Below, piece after piece: positions 34,401-48,949 of a DNA stretch of 64,000 bases. The notes under the pieces were generated by a model. That model did no database searches. It was given only the letters and a program-made list of their open reading frames with translations, and had not been told where the DNA came from. Both the position numbers and the translations under genes were made by a program. Location of the stretch: positions 5,642,001 to 5,706,000 of the forward strand of contig CM022677.1 of NCBI GenBank assembly GCA_012295275.1. The letters are read 5' to 3'. Numbering within the stretch: the stretch's first letter is position 1; every line of letters starts with the position of its first letter. The stretch comes from Chrysomallon squamiferum (lineage: Eukaryota > Animalia > Mollusca).

Positions 34401-37190
34401 TTTTAAACTCATACTTCTGTTACTGTTCAGTGAGCATATCTCATTTTAAACTCCTACTTCTGTTACTGTTCAGTGAGCATATCTCATTTTAAACTCCTAC
34501 TTCTGTTACTGTTCAGTGAGCATATCTCATTTTAAACTCATACTTCTGTTACTGTTCAGTGAGCATATCTCATTTTAAACTCATACTTCTGTTACTGTTC
34601 AGTGAGCATATCTCATGTTAAACTCATACTTCTATTACTGTTCAGTGAGCATATCTCATTTTAAACTCATACTTCTGTTACTGTTCAGTGAGCATATCTC
34701 ATTTTAAACTCATACTTCTATTACTGTTCAGTGAGCATATCTCATTTTAAACTCATACTTCTGTTACTGTTCAGTGAGCATATCTCATTTTAAACTCATA
34801 CTTCTGTTACTGTTCAGTGAGCATATCTCATTTTAAACTCATACTTCTGTTACTGTTCAGTGAGCATATCTCATTTTAAACTCATACTTCTATTACTGTT
34901 CAGTGAGCATATCTCATTTTAAACTCATGTTCAGTGAGCATTCTCATTACTGTTCAGTGAGCATATCTCATTTTAAACTCATACTTCTGTTACTGTTCAG
35001 TGAGCATATCTCATTTTAAACTCATACTTCTGTTACTGTTCAGTGAGCATATCTCATTTTAAACTCATACTTCTGTTACTGTTCAGTGAGCATATCTCAT
35101 TTTAAACTCATACTTCTGTTACTGTTCAGTGAGCATATCTCATTTTAAACTCATACTTCTGTTACTGTTCAGTGAGCATATCTCATTTTAAACTCATACT
35201 TCTGTTACTGTTCAGTGAGCATATCTCATTTTAAACTCATACTTCTGTTACTGTTCAGTGAGCATATCTCATTTTAAACTCATACTTCTGTTACTGTTAA
35301 ACTCATACTTCTGTTACTGTTCAGTGAGCATATCTCATTTTAAACTCATACTTCTGTTACTGTTCAGTGAGCATATCTCATTTTAAACTCATACTTCTGA
35401 TTACTGTTCAGTGAGCATATCTCATTTTAAACTCATACTTCTGTTACTGTTCAGTGAGCATATCTCATTTTAAACTCATACTTCTATTACTGTTCAGTGA
35501 GCATATCTCATTTTAAACTCATACTTCTGTTACTGTTCAGTGAGCATATCTCATTTTAAACTCATACTTCTATTACTGTTCAGTGAGCATATCTGTTTCA
35601 GTTCAGTGTGAGTATATCTCATTATCTCATTTTAAACTCTCATTTTAAACTCATACTCTGTTACTGTTCAGTGAGCATATCTCATTTTAAACTCATACTT
35701 CTGTTACTGTTCAGTGAGCATATCTCATTTTAAACTCATACTTCTGTTACTGTTCAGTGAGCATATCTCATTTTAAACTCATACTTCTGTTACTGTTCAG
35801 TGAGCATATCTCATTTTAAACTCATACTTCTATTACTGTTCAGTGAGCATATCTCATTTTAAACTCATACTTCTGTTACTGTTCAGTGAGCATATCTCAT
35901 TTTAAACTCATACTTCTATTACTGTTCAGTGAGCATATCTCATTTTAAACTCATACTTCTATTACTGTTCAGTGAGCATATCTCATTTTAAACTCATACT
36001 TCTCATTACTGTTCAGTGAGCATATCTCATTTTAAACTCATACTTCTGTTACTGTTCAGTGAGCATATCTCATTTTAAACTCATACTTCTGTTACTGTTC
36101 AGTGAGCATATCTCATTTTAAACTCATACTTCTATTACTGTTCAGTGAGCATATCTCATTTTAAACTCATACTTCTATTACTGTTCAGTGAGCATATCTC
36201 ATTTTTAAACTCATAAACTTCTATTACTGTTCAGTGAGCATATCTCATTTTAAACTCATACTTCTATTACTGTTCAGTGAGCATATCTCATGTTAAACTC
36301 ATACTTCTATTACTGTTCAGTGAGCATATCTCATTTTAAACTCATACTTCTATTACTGTTCAGTGAGCATATCTCATTTTAAACTCATACTTCTGTTACT
36401 GTTCAGTGAGCATATCTCATTTTAAACTCATACTTCTGTTACTGTTCAGTGAGCATATCTCATTTTAAACTCATTTTAAACTTCTATTACTGTTCAGTGA
36501 GCATATCTCATTTTAAACTCATACTTCTGTTACTGTTCAGTGAGCATATCTCATTTTAAACTCATACTTCTGTTACTGTTCAGTGAGCATATCTCATTTT
36601 AAACTCATACTTCTGTTACTGTTCAGTGAGCATATCTCATTTTAAACTCATACTTCTGTTACTGTTCAGTGAGCATATCTCATTTTAAACTCATATACTT
36701 CTGTTACTGTTCAGTGAGCATATCTCATTTTAAACTCATACTTCTGTTACTGTTCAGTGAGCATATCTCATTTTAAACTCATACTTCTGTTACTGTTCAG
36801 TGAGCATATCTCATTTTAAACTCATACTTCTGTTACTGTTCAGTGAGCATATCTCATTTTAAACTCATACTTCTGTTACTGTTCAGTGAGCATATCTCAT
36901 TTTAAACTCATATACTTCTGTTACTGTTCAGTGAGCATATCTCATTTTAAACTCATACTTCTGTTACTGTTCAGTGAGCATATCTCATTTTAAACTCATA
37001 CTTCTGTTACTGTTCAGTGAGCATATCTCATTTTAAACTCATACTTCTGTTATGTTCAAGCATATCTCATTTTAAACTCATACTTCTGTTACTGTTCAGT
37101 GAGCATATCTCATGTTAAACTCATACTTCTGTTTCAGTGAGCATATCTCATTTTAAACTCATACTTCTGTTACTGTTCAGTGAGCATATC
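31490..37190. repeat. 43-bp satellite array (~130 copies), continuing into the gap
   Basis: atctcattttaaactcatacttctgttactgttcagtgagcat, period 43. Confidence 0.97.
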
Positions 37191-38282
37191 TTATCGTGGG
37201 GCCGGTATTATCTCGGAATTTGAATTGTATGGGTTTTATTTACTTATTATTTTTATTTTTATTTTATTTTTTCTTTTCAACGTAGCGATACATCGAGATG
37301 GTTCAATAATAATATTATCAAATTATTTGGTGTATTCATGGAAAACCGCCCACAAACTATAAATAATCATGTCTCGGTTGATCGAAAAGAGTTTTTGATT
37401 TAAAGAAACCCATTTCAAGATAAAGGAAGTTCAGTCCATTACTACTACTACAACAACTACTGCTACTAGTAGTGCCACTACCAATATAACTATCACTAAT
37501 ACCGCTTATGCTACTACTACTACTACTACTACCGTTACGGATGATATTGCTGCAACTACTTTATTATTACTATTATTGCTATTACTACTGCCATCACTAC
37601 AACCACTGTATTTTCAAAACCTTCCATAGCCCACAAATCCAAATTTCCAAAACCATTTCCAAACAAACTCAACCACAACAAAGTTGGGTTGTTTTCACAG
37701 TTTTTAGATATGTTTGTCAGTCAAAACGTTTCCCTCGACGAAGCTGCATAGTATTCAGATAGGATTACTAGTAAAGACAAAACTAATGTAATTTATTTTC
37801 GCGTTTTAAATGCAATTTTATTTTTGGTGTGGACATGAGATGATGACATGTAAGCAGATTGAGAGAAATATGAATACAGAAGTATTGTTAACAAAAAGTT
37901 GTCGTGTCGTATTCATTTCTTCTTATTCAGTTAACAACCCATACCTTTAAAATGCCCCAAATCCTAATCCTTATGGGTTTGTTGCCTGAATTACGAGTTT
38001 CATTTCTCTATCAATTTTGTTATTTTGCATATTAGGACCTGAGTTTCAAGTTGTTTTGCTTTCACAGTCCTCCTGAAATTATTAGATTAGTCAAATCAGT
38101 GAGATTGTTTTTTTTCTCAGCAGATTCTGCCAGCTCAGCAGATAAAGACAGTGATTCAATGTTTTTCTAACTACGCTCGCTTTGTCTCTAATCCATTACA
38201 CTGAGTATTTTGAGATGTTTACCACTCTATTCAGCGCTCTAAACCCGAACTCTAAAATGAAAAATAATCTAACCCTAAGAAG

Positions 38283-38490
38283 CCGTTCAAATATTACACA
38301 CGCTATATTTGTCTAAATTAAACGGTTCAAATGTTACACAACGCTATATTTGTCTAAATTAAACGGTTCAAATGTTACACAACGCTATATTTGTCTAAAT
38401 TAAACGGTTCAAATGTTACACAACGCGATGTTTGTCTAAATTAAACGGTTCAAATGTTACACACGCTATATTTGTCTAAATTAAACGGTA
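38283..38490. repeat. 41-bp tandem repeat (~5 copies) next to the MULE remnant
   Basis: aacggttcaaatgttacacaacgctatatttgtctaaatta at a 41-bp period. Confidence 0.9.
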
Positions 38491-38632
38491 AACGGAAAGG
38501 AAGAAACAGTAACAAAAGAAACAGAAAAGAAAGAAACAATTTTAGGCTAGGAAAAGAAGAAATGGAAAGAAAGAAACAGTTTCATTCACAACAAATTTAT
38601 TCTCATATATGAATTTCTTTGTATCATGTGGG

Positions 38633-39140
38633 TCATAAGCACTTGGTAATAGGAATGTTGTGTCTGACTCCAACCAAAAACTCAGGAATGGACTTGGAAC
38701 TATTGACACGGTTCTGGCACAAGGATTTGAGTCTCCTCTGAAGGCGAATATGACCTTTGTTCTTCGGGGGGTTACAAACTGCATCCTGTTGAATAACGGT
38801 GTGTACAGTGGATTCTTCACGCTGGAACCACTGGATAACTTTCCAGACAGAAGATGATGATGGTCGACCAAGCTGAAAATCTTATTGTTCCACCATTCAG
38901 CACTGTTGTTCGTTTGGTGGCCGACAATGAGAGTGGCCTCATGTCCGTACTCCTCACTCTTGTCCACAACCGCTTGAAACAGTTCATCGTACACAGAACT
39001 GGACTTGTTCTGCAGCAGCGCGTAAACACATCATTCCAACATCACGCAAAGGAACACGAAGCACATAAACCTGGCAGAACTGAGCTGGAGCCTTGGAGAA
39101 GTTGACATCCATGAAGGTGTTAGTCGCAGTGGCCGGGCGC
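38633..39140 (-). mobile_element. Mutator-like (MULE) transposase remnant, internally deleted and frameshifted
   Basis: TFMDVNFSKAPAQFCQVYVLRVP[fs]CVYALLQNKSSSVYDELFQAV, then HQTNNSAEWWNNKIFSLVDHHH[fs]SVWKVIQWFQREES...IPEFLVGVRHNI. These match MULE motifs DGTF..P..F.Q.Y, CVYALL..K....Y and RTNN..EGWN..HPS.W. Confidence 0.85.
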
Positions 39141-39429
39141 CTGTTTATATTATTAGTAAACACACACCAAGATAAAGCATAAAACATTCACAGGGCTACG
39201 AAATCAGACATACAGTAGATTTCTATCTCAGTCATAATTTACATCCTACTGCTTAAAACACACATACATATATAGACAAAAAAAAAAACACCTGTCACAT
39301 TGTGATCATTAGCATTCCTGTGTTGAATAGAGAACAGACTATCAATTATTTAACTATGCTGCACACACTGAAAAAAGCTTCCAGTGTTTATTTGGCTGAG
39401 AGTTGGAAAACATTCTCAGTGTTTGCAGA

Positions 39430-39510
39430 AAAGCGAATACAATAATTGCTGTCTTCTTGCAGTGCTGTAGTCAGCACTTTTTTCCCAATCTACACATCAC
39501 GTTGTGACTA
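39430..39510 (+). pseudogene. Small CAMSAP-derived remnant, the inverted copy of ~60410-60480
   Basis: ttgctgtcttcttgcagtgctgtagtcagcac..tttcccaatctacacatca aligns to the reverse complement of 60410-60480. Confidence 0.6.
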
Positions 39511-39994
39511 ATTTCATCTTCTATACAACGAATACACGATACATTCAGGTTTACATATTTCCTTCCATTTTATGTTTTATATTTTATTAACATACTTTTA
39601 TTGGATAAATCTTTACCAGAAGTCTTGGTATCTTATGTTTTGATAGATGATTAAGTACATTATTCTTTCAAATATTATTAAAAAATAAATAAAATAAAAA
39701 TAAATAAATAAATTAAAAAATTATCTCCCTTGAACCAAACACTTTTTGATCTAAAATGTGTAGCTTTTTTAACACAGTCATCAAGGATTCTAACATCAAT
39801 CAGTTTAAAAAAATAATAATTTCTGTTTGTCACTTGACTACTTGGTCCTGTGTCTGATCCAAACATTCTGTATACTGATCTACATCTGATTACATGACTT
39901 TGAATCTATATTCACAGTTTTTAAATTCTTCAATAAGTGTAGTCCATGTTTCACACAAGTAACAGTTCTTGAAATGTTATTTTGGTGTTGAACT

Positions 39995-42900
39995 TTCTAT
40001 AATATTTCAATATTCTCCAAACATTCAGTTCTTCACATTTGTTTTTGAGATGTTCATCTTCTGTTTGCTTAGTTCAGGATCATCAGACAACTTTAAAAAC
40101 TTGAAGTCAAACTTGACAAGTCATTTAGAATAAATGTCACTTCTCAATGTATTCTTTCTTTCTCAAAACAAGCTCATGATAAAGAACCATGAAGAAAAAA
40201 AAAATGTAAAAGTTATAATTAAAATAAAAATAAATTTCAGAGTTATATAAATTATAATTAAAATGTCCTCAATTATAAATATTTACCTGGAAATGTAGAT
40301 TATACAATTTGACATGTAAAATGAAGACTAGATGTAATTGAAATGAGATGTGTTGAGACTTAACAGTAGAAAGTTGAGATGAGAAGTAACAGATTGTAAT
40401 ATCAGTCTTCATTTCTGCAGTCTGTTACTGAAAACTGAAAACACAAATGGCTGTGTTAATTAACAGTGAAAATGTAGATGTTTTTTCTGTCACACATTCA
40501 TTATCAAAAATAACGATAATGTTTGTCATCTGAAGCAGACATTTTCAAATTATTTTTCACTTGTAATCAGAAAGTTATTTTAGTGAACTTCATGGTTACT
40601 GAAAGGTCTGAGAGACAAGTTCACACTTATTTACCAGTCAAGCAGCCTGTTAAACTAGCATGATGGGTGATGTGAAACATCTGACAGTCAACTGTAACTC
40701 TCCTCTGATTTCTCTGCTCTGTTGTCTGAGAATTTGCTGTGTTTAGATTTCTGTACTCTGTGTACAACAACAAGCTTGTGTCTGAAAAATAAACCATTGA
40801 AAACAAAACAAATGTTAGCATTACAAATGTAATGTACACACAGTTTACTTACCAAGCACTCAGTCTGTTAACTAGCACTGGATGTGTGATGTAAAACATC
40901 TGATAGTATTACAAATGTAATGTACACACAGTTTACTTACCAATCACTCAGTCTGTTAACTAGCACTGGATGTGTGATGTAAAACATCTGATAGTATTAC
41001 AAATGTAATGTACACACAGTTTACTTACCAATCACTCAGTCTGTTAACTAGCACTGGATGTGTGATGTAAAACATCTGATAGTAACAGTATTACAAATGT
41101 AATGTACACACAGTTTACTTACCAATCACTCAGTCTGTTAACTAGCACTGGATGTGTGATGTAAAACATCTGATAGTATTACAAATGTAATGTACACACA
41201 GTTTACTTACCAATCACTCAGTCTGTTAACTAGCACTGGATGTGTGATGTAAAACATCTGATAGTAACAGTATTACAAATGTAATGTACACACAGTTTAC
41301 TTACCAATCACTCAGTCTGTTAACTAGCACTGGATGTGTGATGTAAAACATCTGATAGTAACAGTATTACAAATGTAATGTACACACAGTTTACTTACCA
41401 ATCACTGAGTCTGTTAACTAGCACTGGATGTGTGATGTAAAACATCTGATAGTAACAGTATTACAAATGTAATGTACACACAGTTTACTTACCAATCACT
41501 CAGTCTGTTAACTAGCACTGGATGTGTGATGTAAAACATCTGATAGTATTACAAATGTAATGTACACACAGTTTACTTACCAATCACTCAGTCTGTTAAC
41601 TAGCACTGGATGTGTGATGTAAAACATCTGATAGTATTACAAATGTAATGTACACACAGTTTACTTACCAAGCACTCAGTCTGTTAACTAGCACTGGATG
41701 TGTGATGTAAAACATCTGATAGTAACAGTATTACAAATGTAATGTACACACAGTTTACTTACCAATCACTCAGTCTGTTAACTAGCACTGGATGTGTGAT
41801 GTAAAACATCTGATAGTAACAGTATTACAAATGTAATGTACACACAGTTTACTTACCAATCACTCAGTCTGTTAACTAGCACTGGATGTGTGATGTAAAA
41901 CATCTGATAGTATTACAAATGTAATGTACACACAGTTTACTTACCAATCACTCAGTCTGTTAACTAGCACTGGATGTGTGATGTAAAACATCTGATAGTA
42001 ACAGTATTACAAATGTAATGTACACACAGTTTACTTACCAATCAGTCAGTCTGTTAACTAGCACTGGATGTGTGATGTAAAACATCTGACAGTAACAGTA
42101 TTACAAATGTAATGTACACACAGTTTACAATTTTACTTACCAATCACTGAGTCTGTTAACTAGCACTGGATGTGTGATGTAAAACATCTGATAGATAGTA
42201 TTAAAATGTAATGTACACACAGTTTACTTACCAAGCACTCAGTCTGTTAACTAGCACTGGATGTGTGATGTAAAACATCTGATAGTAACAGTATTACAAA
42301 TGTAATGTACACACAGTTTACTTACCAATCACTCAGTCTGTTAACTAGCACTGGATGTGTGATGTAAAACATCTGATAGTAACAGTATTACAAATGTAAT
42401 GTACACACAGTTTACTTACCAATCACTGAGTCTGTTAACTAGCACTGGATGTGTGATGTAAAACATCTGACAGTAACAGTATTACAAATGTAATGTACAC
42501 ACAGTTTACTTACCAATCACTCAGTCTGTTAACTAGCACTGGATGTGTGATGTAAAACATCTGATAGTAACAGTATTACAAAAATGTAATGTACACACAG
42601 TTTACTTACCAATCAGTCAGTCTGTTAACTAGCACTGGATGTGTGATGTAAAACATCTGATAGTAACAGTATTACAAATGTAATGTACACACAGTTTACT
42701 TACCAATCACTGAGTCTGTTAACTAGCACTGGATGTGTGATGTAAAACATCTGATAGTAACAGTATTACAAATGTAATGTACACACAGTTTACTTACCAA
42801 TCACTCAGTCTGTTAACTAGCACTGGATGTGTGATGTAAAACATCTGATAACAAATGTATTACAAATGTAATGTACACACAGTTTACTTACCAATCACTC

Positions 42901-43501
42901 AGTCTGTTAACTAGCACTGGATCTGTTAACTCAGCAACTGGATGTGTGATGTAAAACATCTGATAGTAACAGTATTACAAATGTAATGTACATACAGTTT
43001 ACTTACCAATCACTCAGTCTGTTAACTAGCACTGGATGTGTGATGTAAAACATCTGATAGTATTACAAATGTAATGTACACACAGGTTACTTACCAATCA
43101 CTGAGTCTGTTAACTAGCACTGGATGTGTGATGTAAAACATCTGATAGTATTACAAATGTAATGTACACACAGTTTACTTACCAATCACTCAGTCTGTTA
43201 ACTAGCACTGGATGTGTGATGTAAAACATCTGATAGTAACAGTATTACAAATGTAATGTACACACAGTTTACTTACCAAGCACTCAGTCTGTTAACTAGC
43301 ACTGGATGTGTGATGTAAAACATCTGACAGTAACAGTATTACAAATGTAATGTACACACAGTTTACTTACCAATCACTGAGTCTGTTAACTAGCACTGGA
43401 TGTGTGATGTAAAACATCTGATAGTAACAGTATCACAAATCTATTTTGATCATTTTAAATCAGAGTAATATTTTCAACAGTAAACAAGTACTGCTGTATT
43501 T
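39995..43501 (-). pseudogene. DHX8: DHX8/Prp22 pseudogene copy 1 (last two exons, with an amplified exon end)
   Basis: 40635-40781 HKLVVVHRVQKS...HPSC*FNRLLDW|gt; ~39995-40190 VLYHELVLRKKEY...LVKFDFKFLKLSDDPELSKQK...KCEELNVWRI versus DHX8 [50 protein letters not shown]. Confidence 0.88.
40815..43440. repeat. 88/94-bp tandem array (~28 copies) of a DHX8 exon 3' end, splice donor and intron start
   Basis: The reverse-strand unit reads CAGATGTTTTACATCACACATCCAGTGCTAGTTAACAGACTGAGTGATTG|gtaagtaaactgtgtgtacattacatttgtaatact. Confidence 0.95.
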
Positions 43502-43578
43502 CTGACAAACACAAATTATTTATATTACTGATTCAGAAAGAATTTTGAAATACTACAACTACAATTACTACAACTACA

Positions 43579-43652
<74 letters not shown>

Positions 43653-44199
43653 CAATAATAAAAAAATAATTATAAAAATAAACTAATTAAGTAATTAAAA
43701 ATAAAGAACAAATAAACAGAACCTTAAAAAAAGTAATATTTCAAAAAAATATAATAAATAAGAAATTTATTATTTTATAATGTAAATAAAGAAATAAAAA
43801 TTAAAAAGTCATACAACTATCTGTTGACATGAATGCCTCACCTGAATTTACTGTTATATAATGTTTATACTCACTTCTCATTAGTGTTTTGTTTCTTGAC
43901 ATTCTGCTAGAAAACCTGCATGTTATAGTCAATTAATTCTGTCTAGTGCATTAATGAAAAAAAGTTTTTACTTTAGTTTTTACTTTCTGAATGTTTTATC
44001 AGGTGAAACAAAAACAAAAACACAAAGAACCCACATTTATCAGTTCTGATTGATTACTATGGATTTTTTCTTTTTTGATTTTTTCTTTATTTTAATTTTT
44101 TTTTTTGTTTTATAATATTTTATTTCTGTTATATAATATGAATTACTAGTACCCCATTTCATGAACCTCTCCAACCCAAACCAGTATATACATATTATT

Positions 44200-44815
44200 C
44201 AAACTGCTGTATTTCTACAAAATAACAGAAAGAAATTAGTCTCTGTTTACATACTTTAGAAATAACAACAGAAAGGTGTGTAGAGGTTATCTGAAAAGAA
44301 TAGTCAGTATTTCCCAGACTTTCTTTGTGTTATTTTGTAGTGTTTGTTTTAAATATGTATATTCCACATTTTGAAAACTCTAGCAGAAATAGTTTTCATA
44401 CAGCATCTTTCTAAAAATGTTAGGATAGTACAAAAAAGATAGATGATAAAAAAAAATAAACAAATGAAGTTTAAAAACCATATTTCCATTTATTATGTCT
44501 GTTGGGGTTATGTTATGTATCATTATTATGTAATCTGTGTATATGCATTTCCTTTTACAAAAACCCTGAAACATTTATCTGAAAAAATTAACTTTTTTAT
44601 GTATATTTTCTAACACAATTTTGTTTATTAAAATTGTGTTATTTTTCATCCAGTGTGACACTTAAATGTATCCAGTCACACAGACACAGCTTTAAACTTT
44701 ACATCTTAAACATTCTAGCAAATTCCTCAGCTTTTCTAAATAACACAGACCCAGATACTGGGAGATTTTTACCCCTCGCAAGTTTTAACCATTTCAAAGT
44801 TCCAGTTTGTGTGCT
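44200..44815 (-). mobile_element. pogo/Tigger (CENP-B-type) transposase remnant
   Basis: TLKWLKLARGKNLPVSGSVLFRKAEEFARM...WI..FK (44645-44815) matches the CENP-B HTH; downstream PTDIIN resembles P.DI.N.DETG. Heavily decayed. Confidence 0.7.
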
Positions 44816-47800
44816 AAATTCAGATAGACATTAATTTGCATAATAGAAAAAACAAGCATTATGTATCTCAGATAATTACAATTATGTTACACTTTCAGAA
44901 TTTGTTATTAGATCATCTTACCATTTCATATTATAAAATTATAATATGAAAATATCACAAATGTTTCCATATTTTGATAGTCAAATCCTGCATTAATATT
45001 AAACAATTAGTGTAAGTAATGTAACTTGTTTATCTCTTACTTGAGTGTAATGAATCATAATCTCAGTGAGAAGGAAGACACTTGATTCAAAAGGATGAAG
45101 ACAAACAAATGGATCTGAAAATAAAATATCATGATACTGTATATAGCCCGTATATACTGTTAACACATTTTCTTATTTCAATTATTTTCAAATATCCAAG
45201 TCGACTATTTAAGATTTTTTTTCTGATATAAGTGTGTACAGTCTATATATCTGCTATTAACATTCTTATTTCAGTTCTTTGCAAACACCACAAGTAAACC
45301 ATTTAAGTTTTAGCTTTTACTTATCTTTGTGATATAAATGTAAGTTTGCCTAACATATAACTGTATTATAAAATACAAACAATCTTATACTTGAAGACAA
45401 AAATAAAATTTTATTAAGAAGTTCAAGCTTACCTTATTCTACTTCTGCATCTTCAAAATCAGTCAGGGTCATGGACTGGACATGTTTGATACTTTGAGGT
45501 GAGGAGGAAACTTGCTGATAGTCACCATGTTGAGAGTTTTCTGTTTGTGTTTGAGTTTCACAGGACAAAGTAGGACTGCTTTTCTGAAACTGAAGATGTT
45601 GATAAAACTCTCAGGATTAAACAAAAAAGAGAAAAAGTATAAATTTATAGACAGATTTACACATACAGTAGAAATGCTGGTATGATTATCAATTTAATGT
45701 GTTTCTTTGATCATAAACATAATTAAGATGAAGGCAACATGAAGATAATTTATATCAGAGAATCCACAGTCACTTGACACAAAATGAGATATCAAACCTG
45801 AGTACATTTTGGGAATTTCACCATTTTAAAAGTAAATATAATTTATGAAATATAATATCAAAAGCTGACAAAAACTCAAGATGTCACTGGATCACATGAC
45901 TTCATGACTAAATTCACAACTTCTAATGTATGCTATGTCATCTGTATGCTGATTATGTAGATTACTTTAAAATCAGTTATTAAAGCTGGAGAGAATTTCT
46001 ACTACTTTTTTTTTATGTATGGGTGGCTTTTGTCTGCCTGTGCATTTTTTGATTGGACGGGTTTTTGTCCTGAGGAGCTTTTGGCTGTGTTCACAGTTTT
46101 ACATCTTAGTTATATTAACTAACAATGTGCTTCATCATTTTCATTCAGAAAATAAATTAAACTGAGAATATATTTTAAAAAATAATAATAAAATAAAACT
46201 TTATAAATAAAATATTCTGCAAATAATATTCCAGAGAATTTGGTAATTATAAAAAAAAAACCATCTTTAGCACATGAAAGGAAATACAAAAAAAATGATA
46301 TGATGATCACAAAACAATAAATCTACCAGTAACAAATAAAGACAACTTTCATTTATTTTAAGATTTCTAAACTATCATCTGATAGGAATTACAACTTTCT
46401 AACTGAACTTATGACTTTCTTGTTATTTTAAAAAAATATTATACTATTTCTTTTTTTATTTAGTAACACAACACCTAGTTATAAAACCTCTCCAAAATTA
46501 ATTTTAATAAATCCTCAACAGGTAGTCATATTTATAATTCTTTTATTTTTTATTTTAATAATTTACCTGAAGCTGTTTAATTTGTCCATCAACTGAAATG
46601 ACGTCTGCCTCCTCAGAGAAAGTTGTGCTATATTCCCAGAGACGTTCTTCTGTTACTGAGTTTACACTGAAATCCTGTTCCTCCTAATCTCAACCTAAAT
46701 CACAAAGAAAACTTTACATATAATATTTCATATCTTGATTTTACATTTTTGAGTAATCTTTAAGTTATCTTAAATTGGTTATCTATTAAATAAAACTTTA
46801 AAAAGAAATAACTTAAATTTACATTTATATTGATTAATATCTAAGAACAGTATTTATAATTGTTTTATATCTTCAGTGTACGAAAATAATTTTTAATATT
46901 ATCTGACTGCTGTCCTTAACTAAAAACAAAACAACAAGAAAAATGAAAAAAATCATGAAAGGAAGAAGAAATAGCATCAAATCCCCTTTTAATATCAGTT
47001 GAAAAACCTGTTAGAAAAATCTCAAAATAATATAATTGTCATCAATAAATTAACAAATGTTAAATACTTAATTTGAAAAGTCAGTCATGAGTGTTTCTAT
47101 TTACTCAAATCAACTAATTTGCACATTAAAATTACTTACTTGAGGCTGCTGTCCAGTGACTGTCCACCTGACACACTTGAGATGTCAAAGTCAGGTCTGA
47201 GGCAGTCAAATGTTATTTTACAGTCAGGAAGAACTATGAGATGTTTGGAACATTTCTGTAGGGAAAAAAAATTGAATTTTGTTTTACATATTTTAATTTG
47301 CCACTAGTTATATAGATAAAAAGTTATTGCTGATGATATGAAAAAGATATCTAGACTAATTTATTGAACAAAAATTATGTTAAGAATTGTTCAATCTCTA
47401 CATTATTTAGTTGTTATTTAAAATTTTAATTATTTTAAAAAGCAATTATTTAGGAAGAAACATGAAATAAGAAAAATAATATTAATAATAAAATAATTCA
47501 AAATTGGGGGGAACCCACCCAGGACATCTAATAGCAAGCTAAAAAGAAAAACAAAATGGACATTTCTCAAGCACAGCAGGTAAAAAACAAGTTATATGAC
47601 ACCAGTTAAGTATATTAAGCTATAGTAAATTTAAATTTATGACAAACATAGACAAATAAAAATTTAAAATTCAATTAAATTCAGTTAAATTAAATTCAAA
47701 AAAAAAAACACAAAAAATTTCAACAACCCTCCCCCAAACCACAAAACAAACCAAAAATAAATAAATAAATAAATAAATAAAATAATTTTAAAAACTCATT

Positions 47801-48949
47801 AAAACAAATATTACCATGTGAATTTTAATTTAATACATTTTAATGTGCAAAAATGGAAGTCAACACCCTTTTAAGGAATACATTGAGGTGGAAGCAAGAG
47901 AAAAAGAAGCACAAGAAACTGACAGAAGTACAGAATATGAAATGTAATAGTGTTTTGTAAAACCTGCATTTTATTCATGACATACTGTATAATCATTCAA
48001 AGACATCTGTGTGAATTTTGTTGTAATATTATACTTAAATAAGCATCCATTATTTATTTATTTATTTTAAATAAATAGGCATCATACAAGAGAACACATA
48101 TTTTATGCTGTTAATTTTGATTTAGTGCAGAACTGCCTTTTCAAAGCAGAAGAAATGAATCACAGATTTGGGTGTCACACTTGCCGAGTCATACAGTTAT
48201 GGCCCAGGATCTAGATAAACTTTTATAAATGGTCCTAAAATGAATTGTATGTCACAGGACTTGTTGATGTATACTAATTAGGATCTATGTCCTGGTACTC
48301 ATTAACTGCCCTTTTACCCACATGATAATGTATGCAGTCAAAAGATAACAGTGAACCAGTCCTGTACCACAGGGCAATTGTCAGCACTAACAGTTCAGTT
48401 CAGTGGTTATGTTGTTGTATTACAAATAAAACAAAATAAAATAAAATTTTAAAATGATATACAACAATACCCAAGTTTTAATGTCTCTGGTGTAAATCTG
48501 TCTACCTCTACATTGTCTGTCTGTATGTTAACACAACAAACTGTTCAGTTCAAAAGTACCATAACATTTTTATTCAAATTTCAGTAATGCATTGTTTCCA
48601 TAATTCAGTTCCATGATTCATATTTGAAAACAAAACTTACAATAATGACAGCATCACAATAATTGTGACTACAACTATTACAAGATACACAAAATATTAA
48701 ATATTCAAAGAGGACATGCTCAATCAAATACTACCCAGGACAGAAATCCTTTAAAACAGTAGAGACCAATATGAATGAAATAAAACAAAACTGAGGAGAA
48801 AAAGAAGAAATAAGAATAAAAGAAAACACACACAACAGACTTGCTTGGTTGCTACCCCAAACAGTAATGCTACTAGAATGTAAACAAATTAGTTACTTCT
48901 ACTTCCCAGGACATTCATAAATCAGCAAACCAGAACTACACAAAATAAG

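Noticed and set aside
38542-38994. 150-aa ORF as an intact gene
   Set aside because: It crosses frameshifts of a deleted MULE transposase; only the first part is in the transposase frame.
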